Source: Lingula anatina
Taxonomy: Eukaryota > Animalia > Brachiopoda
Assembly: GCA_051362555.1 (NCBI GenBank)
Contig: CM120640.1
Location: 25,840,225-25,904,224 of the forward strand
DNA: 64,000 nt
Reading direction: 5' to 3'
The position numbers and the translations under genes were made by a program. Positions 1-10,300 of the stretch are shown piece after piece. The notes under the pieces were generated by a model. That model searched no databases. It was not told where the DNA came from and saw only the letters and a list, made by a program, of their open reading frames with translations. Position 1 is the first letter of the stretch, and every line of letters begins with the position of its first letter.

Positions 1-764
1 CGTCTGTGGAAACAGCAGAAATGCCAACTACAGCACCCAAACCCAAAAGGAGATCTGCCAAGGGTCACTAAACACTCGCTCCGAGTGTCAGTTATTTTCA
101 TAACAAGAGGGTGTATTACATGTCAGTACAAGACCCCAATCTTTGCATTTTGGTAATTGTCAGCATGTTTTTTATTGAGATTATGTACTTGAGTCACTTT
201 AACTCTTAATGTTTGACTTAGTAACATCAGTAGAGGTTTATCAAACACGCTTGAAAAGAGTGAAGATGTGGAGAAGAACAACCTTAGAAAAGTATTTTAA
301 ATCTGAATTCAAACAATGATTAACTACCCAGTGTCTTGTTGGGATACATTGAAGTGCATGAATCTCCCTGTAGTAATACACTGTACCTTTACAGAAAAGA
401 AAAACATTACAACCAAGTACTGGCAATGCAATTAATAAACCAGAGGAAAATGTAGTTTAGGTACAAACTTTTGTAGAGGGTAGTATGTGATAATGAAATA
501 TGCATGCTTCAAACATAATTGTCATTAGTTACCGTTTTACAATTTTTATATTTTTGAAAATATTAAAATAAACAACTCAGATTTTTAAGAATGAAGAATT
601 TTGGTATTATTTTTTCCTTAACTGGTTGACAACAAACATTTAACAAAATTGAGTAACTTGATGTTAAAAGTATTTGCTATAAACTTAATAAGCCACAATA
701 TGAAGTACTGGGCCTCCTTGTTTTTTTTCCGCCAATGACTTTTAGCTGATAAAACCAAACAAAC

Positions 765-795
<31 letters not shown>

Positions 796-838
796 AATTA
801 TCACAGCAGCCCGATAAAGTTTGCAGTATGTATGGCAT

Positions 839-3294
839 TTATTGCAGGTTTGTGGAAGGTAAAGGAAGACTGCTGCTTTGCTCTAACTTTGGTATTTGCG
901 TTACGGGTGTACCTAGCATTTTCAGATTTGTGTACTTTATTTTCCAATTATTCTCACAGTGTGGATCTTTGACTAAGCCAAATGATTGTTCAAATATTCC
1001 CAAACATGTTTGCTGCCTGTGAATTGTACCACAGACCATCACAACCACCAAACCATGTGGCTCAGACAACCCCCTCAGACCCTCAGGACTAGTGTTAGGG
1101 TTGAAAGTCAATAATTCCTCCTGAACAAATGCTAGCAATCTCTGGCAGACCAATTGAGCCCCACCGAATTCCTCAAACCTGCTGTCTGTCGTGTCACATA
1201 CAAGTTTAAGTCTGCAGTCTTCAAAGAAGTGCACATGACTAAATTGATCCTCAGCTTGGCTTGGACAAGTTGGGTTATGAGAATTTAGCATGTTGTAAAA
1301 CCATGTGACAAAGTGTTCTGCCAATTTTTGACCCTCACTAGTGGGTTTTCTTTGTTCTGGAGCAGCTACACGTACATCAGTTTTGGACTGAAAAAAAAAA
1401 AAAAAAGACGAGTTAAAACAAAGGTATCTTTTATATACACCGCAACAAAACTGGTCCTCTTCTTATATGAGAACATTTATCACTTAAGAATACCACACTA
1501 AATTAATTGATAATTTGATATATATTAATGTATTAATTTTGAGTTGATACACATATGCAAAATCATTTATCTGTATCATTTCCTTGGAAAATCATGGAAG
1601 TGAACCAGTTACTATCTAAAAACTAAGACCCCATTTCCATAGATTTTAGATCGATCTATCCCTGTGGGGAGTCTCACTAGATTACTGTCAGCTTAGCCGG
1701 CTTAAGCGTCTGTCCCGCCTACTGAAAGCTGTAAGGGGGTAATTAACTATGGTGCGCGCTCGGCTGACTGCAATTTAGCGTGAACCCCCAGGGAGTTAGG
1801 TCGATCTAAATCTTAATCTCTGGATCTATCTAAATCTCTGGGAATACACCTTAAGGTGTTGGCATGGCAGTGTGAGCCTTTGAAAATCAAAAAAAACTTT
1901 TTAACCTTTCGCATATGCAATCGTCCGTGTGCTCTTAATTTCAAAATTCAATTTCTCAGAAATCATTTAACTTCATTAATACAACAAAAGAAATTGCCTC
2001 TGGAAAAGGGAAGTTTGTCTCAATAGCTTTCATTTGACTGCTATGACCACTGTTGAAAAAATAGATGATTATCCTCTTTTGGAACATCACATATATTCAG
2101 CAGACAATATTTTTATCAGGTAGAATAGGGCAATGTCCCACATCACTAAAGTCAATTTAGAATGTATTTAACAAGCGCCTGAATCAAAGATTCACCCCTG
2201 ACAGACTACACAAGGTGTTGCAATACTGGGGACACAGTAGAGAAAGCATGCAGTGATCAAAGTCAGGGAATCCAAATAGAAGAACCCAATTTGAAAGAAG
2301 AGAAAAATATACCCTTGGTCAAGATTAGATTGCATTTTTTTTCTAAAAATGACTAACGGAAGTATGGGAGTGTGCAAAATTTCAATTTACCCTCAATTCT
2401 GAGTGATTACTGGTGAAGCTCTGATATCCCCAATTCTAGCTAAAATAAAATGTTATTTCTGTACCCAGTACCCCAATGGTGTTAAGCGAAAAAATTTGAA
2501 CAGCAGTTAAGAACTATTGATATACTAAAATATGAAATTTGTTGCCTTTTTCTGCTTTCTTGGCTTCTTTTGTTTTTCAGGCATAATATTTTTTTTTCTA
2601 ATGTGAGATGTGATACCTCATCATTGATATCTTCAGGTTCTTGCTGTACTTTAGAAGGCATGGATCTCCAAAGTATCAATATTTCATGAATAAGGGCTGC
2701 TTTTTCAGCCGAAGGAGGAACAGTGACATTGTTGTCATACAGGTACTGGAAAAGCAGGTCCCTTTTGACTTTTTTCCTCCTTAGTAACTGCTGAACATCT
2801 TCTGTGTATGAAATGATTACCTTGATTGCTTCTGAAAAATATAACAATATACATAGTCCACAAATGTTTTAAGATGGAAGCATTTCAGAAAGTTACTTTC
2901 ACTGAACATTTACTAGTTAGAGGCAAGAAGAAGTGTAAATACATGTTATCGACAGTGAAATGTCCCTTTGTTTTCCAACAATTTGAGATGACTAACTCGA
3001 TCTTGTTACTATAATAAAAAAATAAGCGCTTATTATATTCACGTAAATTCTGCCACACACTTCACTTAAGACTAAACCTTATCTCTGGATGTTGCTCTGT
3101 TTTCTTATAAGAACTGAACTCCTGAAGTGAAAGTGAAAATTTTCTGCACATTGTTACTTGTACTGGTACCTGCCTCGTTTCCCTTCAACTGCTATCAGTT
3201 TATTCGTAACAGTGTCTTTCAAGGAAATCAATTCCTCGCTGGATAGACGATTTAAGATATCTTCACAACCTTTCTTTTCAATGTCACTCAACAT
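839..3294 (-). CDS. C3orf38: C3orf38 homolog (uncharacterised conserved protein), 3 coding exons, ~294 aa
   Basis: Exons 3294-3174, 2831-2617 and 1387-839 (885 nt, in frame). The translation [108 protein letters not shown] matches the recalled C3orf38 motifs ([52 protein letters not shown]). Intron 1 requires a GC donor. There is an AATAAA on the minus strand near 171-176. Confidence 0.92.
1624..1850. mobile_element. Short non-autonomous element with inverted repeats (Crypton-like termini), copy A
   Basis: TAAGACCCC-ATTTCCATAGATTTTAGATCGATCTA...TAAATCTCTGGGAAT-ACACC. Its core is the reverse complement of 4762-4963. It lies in C3orf38 intron 2. The Crypton label is inferred from the GAATACACC-type end and the lack of a TSD. 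Confidence 0.8.
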
Positions 3295-3801
3295 TTGGGC
3301 ATTTACACCTTCAAAAGGACACAAGACGTGCGCCTTCTTCACCAACACTTCCTGTTGTCTGCACATTGAAGGTCACAACATCCGGTGGTCCGCAGAAGCG
3401 TTTAAACTTGGTCCAGATTCATTGTTGGTGCCCTGGATGCTATCCGACCGAGGAAGAACTTGCTAAAGGACTAAAATCTACATTTAAAGAATAGCAGGTG
3501 CGTCTTTTTTAAATTTTAATTTACAGTTTGCTTTTTATCAGAGCATTGATTGAGTGTGGCTGTCTAACACTGATTCCACGAGCACGTGCAAGTGGACGGA
3601 TCCTGGATCGAGTTCCCGTCTTCGAGAAAGACCAACTTTCTGCTACCCGAAGCGGTCTTTGTTATTTGAAGCGCTAAAATAGTGAAGGGTAAAAAGGGGC
3701 TCGTTCTTTTTTCTCTGTCATATAGATAGAACTGACAAACAAATGATTCTTTTATTATAACACGTTGTGTTTTCTGCCATTGCTCATGTCATTGAAAAAA
3801 T
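3295..3801. promoter_or_regulatory. Bidirectional promoter / 5' exons shared by C3orf38 (-) and the LOTUS-RRM-Tudor gene (+)
   Basis: The genes are head-to-head. CpG density is locally higher (about 3330-3670). A GTAAGT donor at 3802 fits a non-coding first exon spliced to the acceptor at 4336/4337. Confidence 0.6.
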
Positions 3802-4351
3802 GTAAGTTTTGGGATTGAGAGACGTACATGTAGATTCTATCAGCTGGGATGAGCATGGGCCTTCAGAATTTTAGTGCGCCGAATACCCCTCGGGGGTATT
3901 TGTTATTACATGCATCTCTTCCAAACCCGTTGGACTGAGGAACTTGAAACTTTGAGGTTGATCCAATAATATAGATAGTAACACTTTAATTCTGCAAGAT
4001 ATGTTCATAATCTTTCAGAATTTTTGAGCACTTTGGGAGTGAAGCTGAACCTGATGGTGGATGATTCTATTTTTCACATACTGCATATATATTTCCTACT
4101 GTTGTGTTGTTATAATGATGTCCGTTTTCAATAATCAAGACCCAGTCAGTGGCAATAGGTATCCCGGGTATAGGGTACCTTGGGTGAGCTGCTCTTTACA
4201 ACAATGTGGCAGAGTGTGAGAATATGCAATTCCTAGCCAAAGACTCTATCTAGTTTGAAGACACAATTATGTATTTTTCTCTGGATATATAATTGGGTAT
4301 TTATTATTTAAAATAATTTTGTTTCTTAATTTCAAGAGCTGTGCAGGCAAA

Positions 4352-7300
4352 ATGCCTTTGCCCATACCCAGTGATGTGAAGAAGGAGGTGAGAGCAGTGC
4401 TGTTGTCTAAAGTTAAAGGAGTTCCACTGTGCCATTTTACAACTGATTACAAGACCTTTGTTGGCCATGCACTCAATTGGAAGGCTTTGGAATTCAATAG
4501 ATTAACAGACTTTCTTCAAGCTATGCCAGATGTAGTGAGGTAATTTGTGATGTGGAGAAAATGTAACTTGAAATCAAGCTCTTCAGGCAATTGAACATTA
4601 CTAAAACATTAACCTAAGCAACACCTTTTTAGTCTTTATATTATAATCTTTAGCACTTTAGTTTGCCTCAAGACATATTAGACAAACCCACAAGGGAGTC
4701 TTTGGTATGTAATTATACTGTTATTAACAGGTGGCTCATTTACATGTAAATGTAAGACCCCATTCCCAGAGATTAGATTGATCCAAACTAGATCGTCCTA
4801 ACTCCCTGGGGGTTCACGCTAAATAGCTGTCAGCCGAGCGGCACGAAAGTTAATTACCGCCTTACAGCTTGTAGTAGGCAGGGCTGACATTTAAGCTGGA
4901 TTATCTGACAGTAATCTAGTGAGACTCCCCACGGGTATAGATCGATCTAAAATCTATGGGAATACACCCGAAGACTCCCTATGTGAGCCAAGCTATTTAG
5001 AGTTGATTACTTTCATTATTTTTATGAGTAGACATAAGACTCCCCTTTAATGTTGCCATGATTTGCTTATCTTCATTATCATTGCTTGCTGCATCACATA
5101 TCCATATTAGACCCCATGTTGAGTACAATATGTGAATTAAAGACAATGTGTATACCCCTGTTTTAGAAACTGATCTAATTATTTTGTTGTTCAAGTCTAA
5201 GGTAATTCTTCTATATATCTTCTAGTCTTATTGAAGAAGATGGTAGGACAGTGGTGTATGGTAAGAGTGATGGTTCCTTCATGACACACACTGCTGTCAA
5301 AGCCCTCAAAAGAGCAGAAAAGATATCAACAGAAAACAATAATAAAGGTGAGTATGCCATCACAGTATTATTGTAGTGCTGTCGTTTGAAAACTAACTAC
5401 TGAATAAATAATATCAAACAAAGTCATGAATGGTTTAGTGTCTGAGGCTCCGTATTGTCTCTCTGTAATTGTCTTAGGCACTGAAAAGACCACTCTGCCT
5501 CAGACATGTTAATTTCTGGAGAATGTATGTGGAAGTCCAGATGGAGCATTAAACTTTACACAGTGTAAGTTGGATAGCACATATATAATTTGCATAGCAG
5601 GGAATTTAATTTTTAATAGGGAATTTAAAGCATAATATCAACTTGCATTACGAATGTGGTACTTGAACACTTTAGATTCATTATTTAACACTCCCTTGCT
5701 TGTTTTTGAGATGGATCTCATGAGCCTGTTGATGCTGACGAGTTTCCAGAGCTGCACCCAAACCACCAAGGCCTCTTCTGTGTGACGTTTGAGAAGCATC
5801 ACACCAGTATGCCAAACAAAGAAGTGGAGAGTAAATTCAAAAGCATAGGGGAAGTGAAAGACATAAATTTTGGTCATTCAAGGTATAGCCTTATTTTGCA
5901 GTTAGTTATATTGAACAGCTTGTAATTGATTAAGATTTCAAAACTATGAATTTAATATGCCTATGAGATATACATATTTTCAAATATGATGCATTGACAG
6001 TGTGTGTTATATCATATATGACTAAAAACAGTCTGTCATATTTTCAAGAACAGCACAATTATGTGACTTGTAAATTTAAATTTGGAATTACTGAATTATT
6101 AGTTATATAGGCATATTTTACATAAATAATGTTTTAAAGTCTATTTCTGGGTTTGTGTTTTAGTCTAATTAACTATGTTGCATCTCCCACTCAGAGACTT
6201 CAGCCAATCTACTTAAAGGAGTGGGGGTTGTAAAATATTTTTCTCAAGACTTTGTTTGCAGCTCCCTAAGTTTTTTTCTGTTTAATTCAGGCTCATATTT
6301 GTGAGGTATGCAAGAAGAGCAGATGCAGTCAAAGCACTTAAGACTCTGGCATCAACTTTTAGTGGGTTGCGCCCTGCTAAGGAAAAACTCTCAGTGCAGG
6401 GTTCTAAGGGAATTAGCAGGGACAAGACAGGACAGGGCAGAAAATCTGAGATGGCTGGAGATACCGCTAGAATGCCAACTAATCTGTTTCAAAATTATAA
6501 GTCCGAGCCTAAGGGAAAAAGTCAAAATGATATAGGAGTGAGTAATTCTGCTGGAAGCTCAGGAAAATACGAACCCAAGAACAGAGCACCAAAGATTACA
6601 CCTGGTATATTAGGTGCTGCCCCATTGCCACTTGGTGTTCAATACCCAATAACCAATATATCTCCTCCACGTCAGCCTGTAATTGAGCCAGCCTTCATTC
6701 AGTATGGTGCAACAAGTCAGCCAAGTGTGTCATATGCTGTAGGAGAGGGTCTGCCTCTGGGCCTAAGAATTCCACAACAGATCTCTCCAAGAATACTAGC
6801 TTCACCGATTTTAGACCTTCAGCTCCAGGAACAGATGCAGGGTGCCCTTCTCCAAGGTGTACCTGGAGTTGGGTATACTGCTCCAGAGCTAAGAACAGGT
6901 ACTTCGTTGTATCCAAAGTGTATGGGTTTTGTTGTCATTGCCCTTGTGATTCTTAAAGTTTTTCTTTTAAATTCATAAATAATGTCATTTTGAATAATTT
7001 AACAAGAGGAACCTATGGTCAAAATTCATTCAAGTCAGTGTTTCTTTAAATTTGAACACACCACTTGTTATTCCATGTGGATGGGATCGAAGTAACTCTA
7101 AACTAAGTGATTACAAACTTTCCTTTTGTATTTGCAGGTTGTGAAACAATTCTAAGCAACATTTCATACAAAGCTTCAAAGGTGAGATAGATTAATGATG
7201 AAAAACAAAGTAAAGATGTGCAAAGCTGCTTTTTTATGGCAATTTAATTTTAAGTGAGGCTTAAGAAGTTTTAAAATTACCATACACTATTTATTCCAGG

Positions 7301-10300
7301 AAAACATAGAAGCCCTGTTTACTGGACATAGACTAAGGGAGTTCAAACTCGTTGAACAAGAACCACATGGTGGTCCAAAGAAAAGGTAAATTTTTTTTCT
7401 ACAGCATTTAAAAAAAATAATACAAATTATTAAGTGAGATGCAAAAGCATCTTGCCTTAATATTTTAAGTCGCTATATTTTATTCAATATTCTAGAAAAA
7501 TCATCTTACTGATATATTGTGATAAAAAAAGCTTTTTTTTTTTGTCTGGATAGGTGCAAACAAGTACCTGATTTGACTCCAGACAATAATTGTATTCTCC
7601 TATAGTCAATTCAGTAAGGTCCTATTTGTCATCTGTCAATGTAAAGTTGAATTTTACCTTGATATTACCTTGTTGTGAACATCAGTCGGGATGTTTTGAT
7701 TAGATGTCTTCATCCCATGTACATGTAATTAACTGGATGTTGAAAGTGACATTGTGAGGTTTTCCCCCATGGTTTTTGTTATCTGTAGTATAATATATAA
7801 TATAATATAATATTTCAGATTTGCATTTGCCACATTTTTTACTGAGCCTGAAGCTCAGAGGGCAATCAAGGACATAAATGACCGTACGTTCATAGATAGG
7901 CGAGTCAAGTTGAGGTATAAAAAGCCAGATGATCTCCCTTTGAGTATTCCTGGTAAGATTTGTATGCAGTTTCAAATGAAAACAACATCATACAGAGTCT
8001 TTATCACACACTTGTAAAATGAAACACATGTTGGAAGTCGCACATCAGTCTCATTTTATGTACAGCTAACTGTTGTGTGTTTAATACTCAAATGCTATGC
8101 ATTTGATTCATCTAATCTTTTAATAAATCTTGTTCATGAAATTTGCCACATCATTGATTTTCAGGTCAGAAGGGGGAGGCTCAGATAGTGGTTGCCAATC
8201 TCCCTGAATCTTGCACTGAGGTAAAATACAGTGTGTTGTAGAAATGTAATTGCTTTTATCTGAATCAAAACTGCGAACATTTTAAAACAAACACTTTCTG
8301 ATTTAGCCATTTTAATCCACAGAAGTAATTTAGTTATAGTAATGTTTGAAGTTGGCTCACATATTTAAAGGTTCTGCAATGACAATTTTTTATTAGTTCT
8401 ACAAGTAAAAGGTTAAACTTTAGGTGAATGTATTAACACTAACTTTTGTGTATTCATTTTTGAATTTAAGTATTGTTATGTATGCATGTAATACACATAT
8501 TGTGGAATTTTCTGAAGACCCACCATTGTGAAGCTGACTTGATCTTAGCCACTTCTGTTTATTATTTTTTCTAATATTGAAATGTGGTCAGATTTTTGTG
8601 AAATTAGTAAACATATTTAGTACTAGGAAATGGTAAAATTAAATGATAGATACCATTTTTATTGCAGGGTGATATCATTTTAATGACATTTCATAAAGGT
8701 GCAAGTAATATTTATATGGTGTCAGAATTAAAACCAATTAAAAGGTGAGAACCAGTAGCAGAAGTAGTGAGGAGAGGTGCATGATGTAGACTTTGAGACT
8801 GCCGTTTCTATGGGGACCATTGCAAACCACTAAATTACATTTAGATTTCTCTATTATTATATAAGTGGCAGTTATGCAATAAACTGTTCACAATGGACAA
8901 ATGATAGGTAGCAGGGGGTGAAAAAAGGAATTTTGGTGGTTTGCAATTGTCGACAAAATGGCCTTCATTGCTTTCTTCCTTTTCCTCTGCTAGGAATGAT
9001 TGTAACCTCTAGATCTTACTGGCATCTCACTTTCTCACGTTATAGGGTGATTTATTGAGCCTTCTGCGTTCTTTTGGTGCTACCTGCATGGACGATGTGA
9101 GAAACCTTGGGTATGGGCACAGTTGTAACCCGTCTGCACTGTTTGTGTTTGTTGTTGGTTTTCAGGTCTTTTGACTGTGCATGGTTGGCGACTAAGCTTT
9201 TTATTTGATTAATTATTCATTTTGTAATTTATTAACTGTTTATTTTTATTAAAAATTCTTAACCTGTATTCATTATATTTATAGTTGCAGTTCAAAATGG
9301 ATCACAAACCACACGGTTAAAACAAAGATTGCATTGCAAATTCTTTCTTTTAAGTCTTTCCTAGTGCCTTGCTGTATTTTCTCAGGGCTGGATAACTCGA
9401 AAGCATAGCATATTGTGACCACACGCAAATATTGCAATCCGGCACAGTTGCCTTACTTGAAAGCAGGGGGGAGGGAGCTTTTGATCACAATGTTTGCGTG
9501 CTGTCCCATATAGTGATTGTTCAGAGTTATTGAGCCCTGCTCTCCAGTTATTCTTGGAGAATGAACATAATTTCACAGGACAGTTTATTTTATATAGTGT
9601 ACTTGATTTCTTGTTGAGGTCAATTGCTACATGTAACTATCATTAATAATACTTGAAATACAAGGATACTAAAGAGTATTGTTGCAATTGTGATTCCTCC
9701 AACTAGACATTAGAGCTTAGTAATTGATATATACTGCATTAAAAAGTGGTATATTCGATCAAGCGATGAACTATGAGGAAAAGTGGTATTATGTATTATT
9801 GATTAAATCACTGATTACTAGTATATTATGTTGATGTGCATGATACTTTGTATTTTTTCCTGCGCCAGCATCTGTACATAGTGATGTTTTAAATATTATA
9901 TATACATAATTTTGCCTATGTTAATTGCAGATATTATGCCATTGTCACTGTTCCCAATGCTCAAGCAGCTGCAAGTGCAATACACAGCCTCAATGGCACA
10001 GAATTCAAGGGAAAGATTTTGCACTTGGATTTTGCAAATAAGTTCCTAAAGGAGACGGGTATGAAGGGTTTTAAAAGAAGGCTTTTTTAAAATAACTTTT
10101 AGAGTGGGTTAAGCATATTTATGTACAGTGACAGTAGTCTTTCAGTAGTCTTTCTGTGGCATTGGAGCAAAATTTGTAGTCGTGAACATTTTTTGCCACT
10201 CTAGTAACTTGATATTAAAGATATCATTTACCTTTCAAGATTATGGAGTTGTTCATGTGTTTAAATTTTCTTAAAATCTCTGAAAAATATACACTTATTA

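Noticed and set aside
765-792. 28-nt poly-A run
   Set aside because: It lies in the C3orf38 3' UTR (poly-T in the sense strand). No TSD or retrocopy body is adjacent.
5504-5564. Possible exon (CAG...GTAAGT) in the LOTUS gene
   Set aside because: It ends in phase 2, so it cannot precede 5711. Replacing 5711-5882 would delete half of RRM1. The frame does not need it.
8668-8698. Possible mutually exclusive exon starting GGTGAT like 9046
   Set aside because: Available donors are phase 1 while exon 9931 needs phase 2, and there is no RRM-like sequence.
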